From the IMG/VR virus record IMGVR_UViG_3300031949_000053, positions 1 to 52,622 of that record: a stretch of DNA of 52,622 nt. One strand, given 5' to 3'. This document shows positions 1 through 9,455 of the stretch, in pieces. The position numbers and the translations under genes were made by a program. How positions within the stretch are numbered: the stretch's first letter is position 1; every line of letters starts with the position of its first letter. The notes below the pieces were generated by a model. It saw only the letters and a program-made list of their open reading frames with translations, had not been told where the DNA came from and did no database searches. The DNA comes from a virus (Duplodnaviria; Caudoviricetes).

Positions 1-126
1 CAGACGGCGTCCGACCTGTTCAAGGGGACACGCGAACTTCAACAGAGGCTCTATGAGCAATTCGACATCCGGAACCCGGAAGACGTTCTGGTCAACGCTG
101 CGGTCATCCTTGAGACGGCTGCGCGC
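1..126. repeat. Terminal direct repeat, left copy (circular overlap)
   Basis: cagacggcgtccgacc...gagacggctgcgcgc at 1-126 is identical to 52487-52612. Confidence 0.97.
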
Positions 127-249
127 CCCAACCCCATCGGACTCCTCGCCGGACTATCCGCTGGGGCTGACGGGGGCGGACCTGGACAACCTGCGTCGCC
201 TTCAGGCGCTTCCGGAATGGGCGGCGCACCAGAAGGCGCTGGAGAATAG
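1..249 (+). CDS. Portal protein, C-terminal part (continues from 50777 across the circular junction)
   Basis: The frame ...ILETAAR continues PNPIGLLAGLSAGADGGGPGQPASPSGASGMGGAPEGAGE to TAG at 247-249; a low-complexity tail is typical of podovirus portals. Confidence 0.8.
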   Translation, partial: QTASDLFKGTRELQQRLYEQFDIRNPEDVLVNAAVILETAARPNPIGLLAGLSAGADGGGPGQPASPSGASGMGGAPEGAGE

Positions 250-496
250 GTACGAACAGATCGCCAAGCGTTTGCTCGATTGCTCCTCGTTCGAGGAGTA
301 TCGGGAAGTTCTCGGACTCCTGAAGGGGTACGAGGAGATGTTCCATTTGAACGACCTCGTGGTCGGAAAGGCAGCAGAACTCGATGAGTACCGAAGGAAC
401 ACCGCAGAGCACGACCGCGCCCGAGCCGCCGTCGAGCGCGCCACCTTCCTCAACACCCGCCTCTGGACCCCCGGCGGAGTTCCGGTTCGGCAATGA
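53..496 (+). CDS. Small helical protein between portal and scaffold (start uncertain)
   Basis: Amphipathic helical sequence; AGAGG upstream of ATG53; typical position; overlaps both neighbours. Confidence 0.6.
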   Translation: MSNSTSGTRKTFWSTLRSSLRRLRAPTPSDSSPDYPLGLTGADLDNLRRLQALPEWAAHQKALENRYEQIAKRLLDCSSFEEYREVLGLLKGYEEMFHLNDLVVGKAAELDEYRRNTAEHDRARAAVERATFLNTRLWTPGGVPVRQ

Positions 497-1235
497 CATC
501 CCGCAGGAATGGGCGCGCGGGAAGTCTGCCAGCGAGATTCTGAACCTCGCGCAGCAGCAGGCGAACGTCCTCCAGGGCATGCTCCAGGGCCAGCCGTCGG
601 CCCCGGCCGCTCCGCCTCCGGCTCCGCCCGCGTTGCGGATGCCGACGGGCGACCAGTGGATCGTGGAGCCCGAGGTGGCCACGCGCAACGTGGCCGAAAG
701 CGTGATTGCCGACAAGCTCACGCCGATGGTGCAGGGGATGCAGATGCTCGCGGGACAGTACGCCTCCGTGGTGCGGATGAACGCGCAGAATCGGTATGCG
801 GACGACTTCCGGCGCTACGGGCCAGAGATTGACGCGCTGATGGCGCAGGCCGCACCCGAGCAGCGCACCTTGGAGAATTACGAGAAAGTGGTTACATATA
901 TACGGGGCCAGCATCGTGACGAGTTCGTGCGCGAAGAGGCGGAGAAGCTTATCGCGCAGGGTGGCCTCGGAGAACGGAGTGGTGGCGGTGGAGGTGTCGG
1001 GACGCCGCAATCGGGCGGGCTCGACTTCGCCAAACTCCCTCATGGGGTGGGAGAAATCGCCAAGCAGAAGGGACTGACCGAAGGCATGGTCCGCGACTAC
1101 TGCAAGGCAAACCACATCACGACCGATGACTGGATGAGGATGGCGCTGAATAACGAGATTGTGACCTCGACCGCGCCCTTCACCTTTGAAGTGAACGAGA
1201 AGACCCTGGGGGTGAATCGTGACTTCGGCTCCTAA
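384..1235 (+). CDS. Putative capsid scaffolding protein
   Basis: Pro/Ser-rich N-terminus and helical body; lies between portal and capsid genes. Confidence 0.65.
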   Translation: MSTEGTPQSTTAPEPPSSAPPSSTPASGPPAEFRFGNDIPQEWARGKSASEILNLAQQQANVLQGMLQGQPSAPAAPPPAPPALRMPTGDQWIVEPEVATRNVAESVIADKLTPMVQGMQMLAGQYASVVRMNAQNRYADDFRRYGPEIDALMAQAAPEQRTLENYEKVVTYIRGQHRDEFVREEAEKLIAQGGLGERSGGGGGVGTPQSGGLDFAKLPHGVGEIAKQKGLTEGMVRDYCKANHITTDDWMRMALNNEIVTSTAPFTFEVNEKTLGVNRDFGS

Positions 1236-1764
1236 GCCCTTGATCAGTGCCAGAGACCGCTCGGTCGCGGGATCGGCGCGGGAGTCCTCGGCCTTTCAGG
1301 CGAACCCCGACTTCGCGTTCGTCCAGGGGTACTCAGACAAGCGACGGCAGATTGATGCCGACCTCGCCCGCAACCGAGAGCCCTCGACCGGACTGACCCA
1401 CCGACTGCATTGGGCGCGGCATGCGCGTCCGAACGGGGGGGTGGACGCGGACCTCATGGGCTTCATGGCCCGTGGGTACGTTCCCGTGACGAAGGATACG
1501 CTATCCACGTTCGGCATCACCGAGATCATGCCGCAGTGGAGTTTCGCGGCCGATGGCTCGATCCGGATGGGGGATTTGCAGTTGATGGCCTGTGACGCCC
1601 AGCAGGCGCAGGCCAATGAAGCACAGGTGCGTCGCGCCGTTGATGCCCAAGCCTCGGACACCCAGACCTCTTCGGCCCTGCATCGCGCGGGCCTGGACCT
1701 GGACCGAGCAGGTGGACTGACCCACTCCGAGTCGGAGTCCCGACTGGAGATTACCAAGGGCTAG
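1219..1764 (+). CDS. Hypothetical head-module protein
   Basis: 181-aa ORF coupled to the scaffold gene. Confidence 0.6.
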   Translation: MTSAPKPLISARDRSVAGSARESSAFQANPDFAFVQGYSDKRRQIDADLARNREPSTGLTHRLHWARHARPNGGVDADLMGFMARGYVPVTKDTLSTFGITEIMPQWSFAADGSIRMGDLQLMACDAQQAQANEAQVRRAVDAQASDTQTSSALHRAGLDLDRAGGLTHSESESRLEITKG

Positions 1765-1803
1765 ACCACTTCCCGATGAACGCTTTTCCGACGGAGGTTG
1801 ACC

Positions 1804-2298
1804 ATGTCGGATTATGCGTTTCAGCCGGTGCGGGGCAATTGGCGAACGGTCGCGTTTAACACCGCGTCTGCCGCCACATTCGGCAAGGGCGCTCTGGTTG
1901 CGCTGAATACCGCGCGGACTCTTCAGGAGGCCACGGTCGGCTCCGAGAAGATTCTCGGTATCTCGCTTCACCGCAGCGTTGATTCGTTCCCCGCAGGATG
2001 TGTGCTCGTCGCAGTGCCGATGGACAGTTCGGCCGTCTTCACGGCCGCCATCGAGACGGACGTGACGGCGTCGCTGATTTCGGTCGGCGAGTCGTACACG
2101 TTCGAGAAGTCCGGCAATACCCAGCGTATTGACGTAGACTCGCAGGCGTCGGCCTACGTCGAACTCGTTGGTCCGCTCACCGCGAGCGGGGTGCTCGACA
2201 CCACGCTCATTTCCACCACCAGCAGGGTCGAAGCAGTGTTCTTGACCGGCATTCGCGGGTTCGCGTCTGCCGCGTCGCTGCTCACCCTGGCTCCATAA
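1804..2298 (+). CDS. Putative capsid decoration/cement protein
   Basis: GGAGG RBS; small Ala/Ser/Thr-rich beta protein directly upstream of the MCP. Confidence 0.6.
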   Translation: MSDYAFQPVRGNWRTVAFNTASAATFGKGALVALNTARTLQEATVGSEKILGISLHRSVDSFPAGCVLVAVPMDSSAVFTAAIETDVTASLISVGESYTFEKSGNTQRIDVDSQASAYVELVGPLTASGVLDTTLISTTSRVEAVFLTGIRGFASAASLLTLAP

Positions 2299-2318
2299 CG
2301 CAGAGAGGAGACTGAGCT

Positions 2319-3221
2319 ATGACCATGACCAGAGCGCAGTTCCAGATTCTGCTGGAGCCCAAGCTGCGCAAGATCAACAACGACGATTGGCCGTCGTATC
2401 CGCTGCTCTACACGCGGTTCCTGAAGGTCAGTTCATCCCAGAAGGCGCAGGAAACCGATGCCAAGATGACCGGGCTCGGTGCCATGCAGGCCAAGGCCGA
2501 AGGTGCGGACATCAGTTACTCCGACCCCATCAACGGGGGCACCAAGGTCTACACCCATGCCTCCAACGCGCTCGGCTATCGCATCACGGCCGAGATGATT
2601 CGTCACGAGCGGTACGGTCAGGTGAGCAAGCTGGAGCAGAGCCTGATTCGCGCCGCCGTGGACAAGCAGGAGACCGACGGGCACGGGGTACTGAACAACG
2701 CCTTCTCCACGTCGTTCGCCGGGTTCGTGTCGGGTGAAGCGCTGTGCGCCACCTCGCATGCACTCCTCGACGCGGGGACCGCGCAGTCCAACCGTCCTTC
2801 GACCGATGCGTCGCTGGGTATCACGGCGTTGCAGAACGCGGTGATCCAGTTCCGTCAGTGGAAGGATGACCGGAGTCGGCCCATCATGGCGATTCCGAAA
2901 CTCATCATCGTGACGCCGAACGACATCATGGTGGCGCGGGAACTCGTGGGCTCGGAGTACAAGCCGGGTACCAGCAACAACGAGATCAACGCGCTGCGCG
3001 CTGATGGCCTGACGTTCATGGATTCGCCGTATCTGACGGACACGAACGCCTGGTTCCTGCTCGGCAACACGCACGACCTCAACTTCATCTGGGACCTCCG
3101 TCCCACGATGGAAATGGACACCGACTTCGACTCCAAGGACATCAAGCGTTCGCTCGTCCAGGCCTACAGCCACGGCTTCGGCGATTGGCGCGGAATTTAT
3201 GGAAGCTCGGGCGTGTCCTAA
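2319..3221 (+). CDS. Major capsid protein (Mu gpT-like, HK97 fold)
   Basis: GAGGAG RBS; 300 aa with motifs EGADISY, PKLIIVTP, SPYLTDTNAWFL and GFGDWRGIYGS. Confidence 0.9.
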   Translation: MTMTRAQFQILLEPKLRKINNDDWPSYPLLYTRFLKVSSSQKAQETDAKMTGLGAMQAKAEGADISYSDPINGGTKVYTHASNALGYRITAEMIRHERYGQVSKLEQSLIRAAVDKQETDGHGVLNNAFSTSFAGFVSGEALCATSHALLDAGTAQSNRPSTDASLGITALQNAVIQFRQWKDDRSRPIMAIPKLIIVTPNDIMVARELVGSEYKPGTSNNEINALRADGLTFMDSPYLTDTNAWFLLGNTHDLNFIWDLRPTMEMDTDFDSKDIKRSLVQAYSHGFGDWRGIYGSSGVS

Positions 3222-3236
3222 GTCCTGACCTTTGAC

Positions 3237-3262
3237 GGGGTGGGGGTTTCGGCCCCCGCCCC
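3237..3262 (+). terminator. GC-rich hairpin with TTCG loop after the MCP (terminator or mRNA stabiliser)
   Basis: ggggtgggggt-ttcg-gcccccgcccc; no clear U-tract follows. Confidence 0.5.
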
Positions 3263-3277
3263 AAGGGGCCTCACAAC

Positions 3278-3730
3278 ATGACTGTCAACACGGCGCAGTT
3301 GGGTGACGGGCAGTATGTCACCACGTCGTCCATCAGCATCACGGGCGGGCCGAGCCGGAGCACGCTGAAGGCGGAAGACCTCGTCGGGACGAGCACGCTG
3401 TCCACGGCGGCGCTCACCGTCGCAACGCTCGTGGCGACCTCCACCGCGTCCATCGGCGGGGCGACGACCCAGACCGGCGCGCTGACGACCAACTCGACCA
3501 TCTCAGCGGTCGGGCAGGTGTCCGTCGGCAACTTCCAGGTGAACTCCAAGGCGACGTTCGCGGGCGCCATCATCAGTTCGGCGACCACGAACCAGTCGGC
3601 GTCAACGGCGAAGGTGCTGGCGGGCCAGCTCATCTTCTCCATCCTGTCGCTGACCACGAACGGTGCGGCGCTGTTTTACCGCTCCGGTAACTCGACGTTC
3701 GTTTTCGAGTCTTCCGGCGTTATCGGTTAG
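3278..3730 (+). CDS. Ser/Thr-rich virion structural protein
   Basis: Very Ser/Thr/Ala-rich 150-aa ORF after the MCP. Confidence 0.7.
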   Translation: MTVNTAQLGDGQYVTTSSISITGGPSRSTLKAEDLVGTSTLSTAALTVATLVATSTASIGGATTQTGALTTNSTISAVGQVSVGNFQVNSKATFAGAIISSATTNQSASTAKVLAGQLIFSILSLTTNGAALFYRSGNSTFVFESSGVIG

Positions 3731-3742
3731 CGGGAGGCTCTG

Positions 3743-4093
3743 ATGAGCCGGGTGAACCAGTATCACCGAGCCGCAAACGCCTTCACGGGGATTGCCGAGT
3801 CGGGCATCACGTCCAATGTGATGTTCATGGCCGATGCCGCGATGATTACCTACTCGTGGATCACCTCCTCAGCGACCGCGAGCCGGTTGACCCTTCAGGG
3901 ATACGAGGGGTTGGAGCAGGATGGGTTCCAGACTGCCCTGCCTGGCGCGACAGCGAGTGGGTGGAACACCGTGAAGGTGGTCACGGCGACCGGGTATCAG
4001 TCGGTGGACACCATCCCCCGGTGGGGGCGGTTCCTCCGGAACCCGTCGGCGTCCAGTTCGACGCTGTTCGTCACGATCCACGTCGGGCCGTAG
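3743..4093 (+). CDS. Small virion structural protein
   Basis: GGGAGG RBS; beta-rich 116 aa in the structural operon. Confidence 0.7.
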   Translation: MSRVNQYHRAANAFTGIAESGITSNVMFMADAAMITYSWITSSATASRLTLQGYEGLEQDGFQTALPGATASGWNTVKVVTATGYQSVDTIPRWGRFLRNPSASSSTLFVTIHVGP

Positions 4094-4096
4094 CGT

Positions 4097-4717
4097 ATGC
4101 CCGACCTGACGCTTCAGCGCCTCATGTCGGGGGCCACGAGCGCGATTGGCCAGCGATTGGACATCTCGCTGTCCGATTGCTCGCACGAAGCCAACATGGC
4201 GCAGCTCGAAGTGGCGCTCATGCTCCCACACACCGAACTCCTCGCCAGCCAGACCCTCGTGCTGGGCGCGGGGTCGAGCGCGACCGTCCTGCCCGCCGAT
4301 TTCGGTGAGATGGTGGACGTGTTCCGCGTCAACTCCTTCGACTCGTTCGGCTACCGGCTGCTGACGGCTGTGCCGCTGCGGGAGATTGACAACGCCTCGG
4401 AAGGCACCGCGACGGGGGTGGCGAACCGCTATGCCATCAGCGCGAACAGCATCGTGTTCTACCCGACCACAACGAGTCAGGACACCTTCACCATGCGGTA
4501 CGTCAAGGTGCCGTCGGACATGACGGCGCTGACCGCGAAGCCGAGTCTGCACACCCGCTACCATCCCGCCGTCCAGTACAAGCTGACGGAGAATCTGGCG
4601 GATCGGGTCGTGGACAACCAGCGCGCGGCCTACTACCGGAACAAGTTCCTGAGTGTGATGGGCAGCGTCCCGTCGCCCTCGGATTCCCTCAACAGGTCCG
4701 AACGGACCTACCCGTAA
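4097..4717 (+). CDS. Head-tail adaptor / tail tubular protein A-like, paralog 1
   Basis: Motifs LPADF, FYPT, YVKVPSDMT and RYHPAV typical of podovirus adaptors. Confidence 0.7.
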   Translation: MPDLTLQRLMSGATSAIGQRLDISLSDCSHEANMAQLEVALMLPHTELLASQTLVLGAGSSATVLPADFGEMVDVFRVNSFDSFGYRLLTAVPLREIDNASEGTATGVANRYAISANSIVFYPTTTSQDTFTMRYVKVPSDMTALTAKPSLHTRYHPAVQYKLTENLADRVVDNQRAAYYRNKFLSVMGSVPSPSDSLNRSERTYP

Positions 4718-4721
4718 CGCC

Positions 4722-5366
4722 ATGTCGTGGACGCTCAGGGACTTGATGTCCGAAGCAACCACGATGACGCGCTTCTCGCCGGATGACATCCAGCCGAGTC
4801 GCGTGTCGTTCTACGTCAACCTCGCCCAGCGGGACATCGCGAACCGCATCCAGCAAGTGGAGTTCGAGCGCATCGCGGTGAGTTCCACGTCGAGCGGGGA
4901 CGATAAAATGTTCCTGCCAACCGACTGCGAGAAGGTGCTGAGCCTGTCGTTCGATACGGGCGGGAGCCCGGTCGGGGGGCGGGGGATTCGCCAGACGAAC
5001 GTGTGGGAGTTCGACGCGAAGTCGGATGGCACCCAGACCGGCGTGCCCGACCGCTACCACTCCTACGCGACGTGGCTGGAACTCTACCCGAGCCCCAACA
5101 GCCAGTACTCGCTGCTGCTGCGCTATGTCGCGCGGCTCTCTGATATGACCAACCTGACGGCGATCCCGAGCATTGACACCCGGTACCACCAAGGTGTGCT
5201 GTTCAAGGCGGTGGAGTACCTGGCGCTGCGCAAGGGCGACCCGGTGATGGCGAACGTGTTCCGGAGTCGGTACGAGCAGGAGTTGAACGACCAGCCGAAC
5301 GCCTTGCAGCAGCGGCAGGCGAACAGGCTGGGGATGTCGGCCCGGCTCATCATGGAGGAAGAGTAG
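4722..5366 (+). CDS. Head-tail adaptor / tail tubular protein A-like, paralog 2
   Basis: Motifs LPTDC, LYPSP, YVARLSDMT and RYHQGV; clearly similar to the upstream gene. Confidence 0.75.
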   Translation: MSWTLRDLMSEATTMTRFSPDDIQPSRVSFYVNLAQRDIANRIQQVEFERIAVSSTSSGDDKMFLPTDCEKVLSLSFDTGGSPVGGRGIRQTNVWEFDAKSDGTQTGVPDRYHSYATWLELYPSPNSQYSLLLRYVARLSDMTNLTAIPSIDTRYHQGVLFKAVEYLALRKGDPVMANVFRSRYEQELNDQPNALQQRQANRLGMSARLIMEEE

Positions 5367-7160
5367 ATGCCGTGGGCTGATGGCGACCGGCTGAACTCGA
5401 CCAATCTGAACGCCAGGTTCCCCTCGTCCTTGGCGTTCAATGTCAAGGACGCCGCTTACGGGGCGGTGGGCGACGGGGCAACCGACGACATCTCCGCCAT
5501 TCAAACCGCGTGTACGGCGGCGAGTACGGCGGGGGGCGGAACAGTGTTCGTGCCCAAGGGCACTTACCTGCTCGGCCCTTCCGACGGGTCCGCTCCCGCC
5601 TCGGCCGGTGACTATTCCATCAAGCTTGACGACAACGTTACCCTGTGGTTGGATGATGCGGCTGTCCTTGTCCGGCGGTTTGCTTCGACCGACAAGGAAA
5701 ACGCGACGATCCGCAACGATGACATGGTGAACGGAAACACCAACGTCGTTGTCCGGGGTGGAAAAATCGAGACGCAGGCGGTGGCGAACACCGGGATGCA
5801 CATTTGTTTCTCGGCCGTGTCCGGCGGGCGCATCGAATCGGTCTGGGCGGTTGATGCCGAAAGCGCGTGGAACGTGTACCTGCGAGACTGTACCGACATC
5901 AGCGTGATTGGGCTGCGCGTCACGGAAAGCGATGAGACAACCGAGGACGGATTGCACATCGGCGGCGGGTCCCGTATCGTGGTCACGGGATGCGACATCC
6001 GTGCCGGGGACGACGCTATCGGCATTGTCCAAGAATCCTCGTTCGCGACGACGGATACGACCGACGTGGTCATTGCCAATTGCCACCTCGAAAGCGCGAC
6101 GGCGTCGGCCCTGAAGTTGGACTGCAAGGACAACATGACCCCGTCGAATCGCGCGATTCGACGGGTGGCAGTGAACAACTGTACCATGAAGTCCGGTGGT
6201 TCGGGGGTGGTCATTCGCGACCAGAACCACCTGTATCTCGTTTCCGATGTCGTGGTGAATGGCGTTGTGATGGACGGCTCGTCACTGACCGGCGAACTGC
6301 CGCTCGCCGTCGGCGTGGCGCGGGTCCAGGTGAGCGATTTCCTCCTGCGGCAACCACTGAGTTTCATTCAGGCCGATTGGGCAACGGACGTGGTATTTCG
6401 GAACATCTCGGTGTCCAGCGTTCGGTCCACGACGCAACCGGCGTTCAAGATGGGAACGTCAGGGGCGAACACTCGGCTGATGCTGGACGGGGTGGTATGC
6501 ACCGATGCCCACATTCGCGTGGAGAACACGACCGACCTGACACTGCAAAGTTGCTCGGTGGTAAGCGTACAGGCGGCCCTCACCCCGGCCCTTAGTATCG
6601 GGTCGAGCAACGCCTGTGCCAACGTGCGGATTCTGGGCGGCGTTTATAAGGGCGCAACGGGGGATGGCATACTCCTGGGGACGACGGGCACCGTGACGGA
6701 CGCCCTAGTTCAAGGCGCCTATGTGAGCACATCCGCGTGGAACGGGATTGCGGTAGCCAAGGCCATCGGCTGCGTGGTCGAAGGGTGTCGTATTCTCAGT
6801 GCAACAAGCTCCGGTGTCGAGGTGCTGTCTGGATGTCAGGCGGTCAGCCTCATCGGCAATGACGTGCGCGGGAACACGACCAGTGCCATCAGCGACGCGG
6901 GAACCGGCACGTTCCGCAAGGGCAACCGCACCAACAGCGCTACGGGAAAGATTGCGGGTCGTGCCGTCCTGTCGTCGGGGAACACAACCGTCGCAACCGG
7001 CGAAGCGCTCTCCGGCGACAACATCATTCTCTCGCGGGTTGTTTCTGGCGGTACGCACGGGATACTGAGCGTGGCGACCATCGTGGCGAGCATGTCGTTC
7101 CAGATTGACTCGACCCAAACGACGGACACTTCGACCATTTACTACGAGATCGTGCATTGA
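5367..7160 (+). CDS. Tailspike, right-handed beta-helix (pectate lyase/GH28-like depolymerase)
   Basis: FNVKDAAYGAVGDGATDDISAIQ...GGTVFVPKGTY start, DGLHI and GDDAI motifs, parallel beta-helix repeats. Confidence 0.88.
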   Translation: MPWADGDRLNSTNLNARFPSSLAFNVKDAAYGAVGDGATDDISAIQTACTAASTAGGGTVFVPKGTYLLGPSDGSAPASAGDYSIKLDDNVTLWLDDAAVLVRRFASTDKENATIRNDDMVNGNTNVVVRGGKIETQAVANTGMHICFSAVSGGRIESVWAVDAESAWNVYLRDCTDISVIGLRVTESDETTEDGLHIGGGSRIVVTGCDIRAGDDAIGIVQESSFATTDTTDVVIANCHLESATASALKLDCKDNMTPSNRAIRRVAVNNCTMKSGGSGVVIRDQNHLYLVSDVVVNGVVMDGSSLTGELPLAVGVARVQVSDFLLRQPLSFIQADWATDVVFRNISVSSVRSTTQPAFKMGTSGANTRLMLDGVVCTDAHIRVENTTDLTLQSCSVVSVQAALTPALSIGSSNACANVRILGGVYKGATGDGILLGTTGTVTDALVQGAYVSTSAWNGIAVAKAIGCVVEGCRILSATSSGVEVLSGCQAVSLIGNDVRGNTTSAISDAGTGTFRKGNRTNSATGKIAGRAVLSSGNTTVATGEALSGDNIILSRVVSGGTHGILSVATIVASMSFQIDSTQTTDTSTIYYEIVH

Positions 7161-7381
7161 CGTGGACCGTGCCCTCGGCGGGCGGGCCGTGCCCCTCGTT
7201 CGCGCCCGTCATCCCCATTGTGGGCGGGGAGATGGCCTACACGGTGGACGATGAAGCCCCAGCGGTGGTGTGCGACGAGACTTCGGCGGTTGTGGTAGAC
7301 GGCAACAGCATTCCCTCCAACTTCACCCTCTTCACATCCGCCACTACCGGATCGTGGGGGTCTGTCGTCGCGACGGCTTGA
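7157..7381 (+). CDS. Small hypothetical protein
   Basis: TTGA overlap with the tailspike stop; 74 aa. Confidence 0.4.
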   Translation: MTWTVPSAGGPCPSFAPVIPIVGGEMAYTVDDEAPAVVCDETSAVVVDGNSIPSNFTLFTSATTGSWGSVVATA

Positions 7382-7406
7382 CGGTGTCGTGACAGTGTTG
7401 CAAGTT
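7378..7406 (+). promoter_or_regulatory. Sigma70-like promoter with TGTCGTGACA palindrome in its spacer
   Basis: TTGACG-N17-CAAGTT; near-identical element at 13687. Confidence 0.65.
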
Positions 7407-7416
7407 GCCGCTGTGT

Positions 7417-9291
7417 ATGGAACCCTTTGCCACAGCGATTCTCTGCCGGAACGAGAAAGACCGATACCTCCCGCACGTGCTCGACTATCACGGCCAGTGG
7501 GGGCCAATCGTCGTCTTGGACGATGGGAGCACCGATGGCACCTATGAGCTTTGCCGAGCGCACCCGGCTGTGGCGATTTGTGAACGCCGTACAGGCACGG
7601 AAGCATGGGGTGCCGAAGCCCCCGCCCGCGCCCGTCTCTGGCACCTCGCCTCCGCTGCTGCTGAGTGGGTATTGGTCACAGACGCCGATCAGGTTTTGTC
7701 TGCTGACCCCCGACCGCTGTGCCAAGCCCTAAATGTCAACGCCTGGTCGTTCCCGCTCTACGATCTCTGGGACGATGACCACTACCGGGCCGACGCCTTC
7801 TGGCGCGGACACGAGTTTCCCCGGCCGTGGCTCTTTCGCCCGCTCCACGTCCCGCCAGGGTACGTGCCCGAGTGGCCGACTCGTGGCATCCATTGCGGCC
7901 ACGCCCCTGCCAACTTCCCGCTGGTGGCAGGCATTGCGCCGCCGGAGTATTACTGGCTCCACTACGGGTACGCCGACCCCGTGGACCGTGACCACAAACT
8001 CGCACGTTACAGGAGCCAGTACCATCAGATGACCGAGTTCGAGCAGGCCCACGCCGAGTCCATCGCGGACCCCAATCCCTCGCTCCGCATCCTGCCGTTC
8101 GCCCGGAAGGTGAAGGTGCTCGTCGGGGCACCCGTCAGGAAGCGGGCCGAAATCCTCAAGGTGCATCTCGCCAGTCTCGCCGCACAGGAACGCCCTTCCA
8201 GAGTCGCGTTCACCTACGCCTTCGTAGACGACTACCCGGAGTCCAACGACGGCTCGACGGTGCTCGCGGACTTCGTGGCGGAACACGGGGGGCAGGTGTT
8301 CAAGTCGCAGGAGACCCGCAGCGACGACTTCTCCGACTCCCATCCCGTGACCCACCAGTGGACCGAATCGGCCATGAGCCGGGTGGGGCGCATCAAGAAC
8401 GGGCTGCTCAAGCAGACGCTCGACGGCGGGTACGACTATCTCTGGCTGGTGGACTCCGATCTCATCCTCGACCCGACGACGTTCGCGAGTCTCTACGGGT
8501 GCAAGCGGGGGATCGTGAGCGCCGTCTACTGGACGCGCTGGAACGCCTCGCCGGAGATTCACGCCGCCCCCCAGGTGTGGCAGGCGCCGGTCTACCAGTT
8601 GGGACTTCCCCACTATCCCGAACACGAGTTCCGGGCCGACCTCGCCGCACGGGAACTGGTCAAGGTCGGTGGACTGGGGGCGTGTACGCTCATTGAGCGC
8701 AGCGTCATCGAGAAGGGGATTCACTTCGGGAAGCCGCCGGGCTTCCCCTCGGGTGGGCTGTGGGATGGCGAGGACCGGCACTTCTGCGAGTGGGCGCGAC
8801 GGCTGCATGTGGACCTATGGGCGGATGCGTGGCCCGACATCTTCCACGTCTACCACGACCGGGACATGGAACGGCTCCCCGCGATGCAGGCCCGGCTGTC
8901 GCAATCCCATCCCACGACTCCCGCGCTCGGGAACCTCGTGAGTCTGCGGTTGCAGAACGTCGAGGACGGGGTGGGGCCGCTGTGGATTCGGTGCAAGCTG
9001 GGGGACGGGACACTGCTACCCGAAGTCGAGAACCAGGTGCTCGCCATGAAGCGCGGCGACACGAACATCGTGCGGGTGCATTTCCCGGTGACGATGCCGA
9101 CGGTCAACACCCAGCGGGGCGTGCTGAGCCTTGGCGGGAGCGTGAAGCTCCTGCAAGTCGAGCTGCTGGACTGCAAACCCATGAGCATCGCCCCCGTACT
9201 GGCGGACGAGTTCCATGCGACGCCCGAGGGGCTGACACAGGATGCGACGATGCTGACGCCGGAACAGGCCAAGACGTTCGGGGCCGTATGA
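7417..9291 (+). CDS. Tandem GT2 glycosyltransferase with C-terminal trigger-factor-like FKBP domain
   Basis: First GT-A domain: LDDGSTDGT and TDAD. Second: VDD, LVDSD, GGLGACTLI and GED. C-terminus: LGDGTLLPEVENQVLAMKRGDTNIVRVHFP. Confidence 0.85.
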   Translation: MEPFATAILCRNEKDRYLPHVLDYHGQWGPIVVLDDGSTDGTYELCRAHPAVAICERRTGTEAWGAEAPARARLWHLASAAAEWVLVTDADQVLSADPRPLCQALNVNAWSFPLYDLWDDDHYRADAFWRGHEFPRPWLFRPLHVPPGYVPEWPTRGIHCGHAPANFPLVAGIAPPEYYWLHYGYADPVDRDHKLARYRSQYHQMTEFEQAHAESIADPNPSLRILPFARKVKVLVGAPVRKRAEILKVHLASLAAQERPSRVAFTYAFVDDYPESNDGSTVLADFVAEHGGQVFKSQETRSDDFSDSHPVTHQWTESAMSRVGRIKNGLLKQTLDGGYDYLWLVDSDLILDPTTFASLYGCKRGIVSAVYWTRWNASPEIHAAPQVWQAPVYQLGLPHYPEHEFRADLAARELVKVGGLGACTLIERSVIEKGIHFGKPPGFPSGGLWDGEDRHFCEWARRLHVDLWADAWPDIFHVYHDRDMERLPAMQARLSQSHPTTPALGNLVSLRLQNVEDGVGPLWIRCKLGDGTLLPEVENQVLAMKRGDTNIVRVHFPVTMPTVNTQRGVLSLGGSVKLLQVELLDCKPMSIAPVLADEFHATPEGLTQDATMLTPEQAKTFGAV

Positions 9292-9455
9292 GGCGGCGCG
9301 TGTTCATCCATCACAGCCCATTGCGACCCGTGGGCGGATCATTCCTCACCGTGAAGGGACCCACGGCGCGACTTAAGGACGGCGTGACGTTCGAGATGTT
9401 GGGGAAGACCTACTACGTCGGCAAGGGCGGCGAACTGCGGAGGCTCTACAAGTGA
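9288..9455 (+). CDS. Small basic hypothetical protein
   Basis: ATGA and GTGA coupling to both neighbours; 55 aa. Confidence 0.5.
   Translation: MRRRVFIHHSPLRPVGGSFLTVKGPTARLKDGVTFEMLGKTYYVGKGGELRRLYK

Noticed and set aside
1-126. Terminal repeat as a biological DTR or att site
   Set aside because: It falls mid-portal and has a k-mer-like length, which fits an assembler overlap
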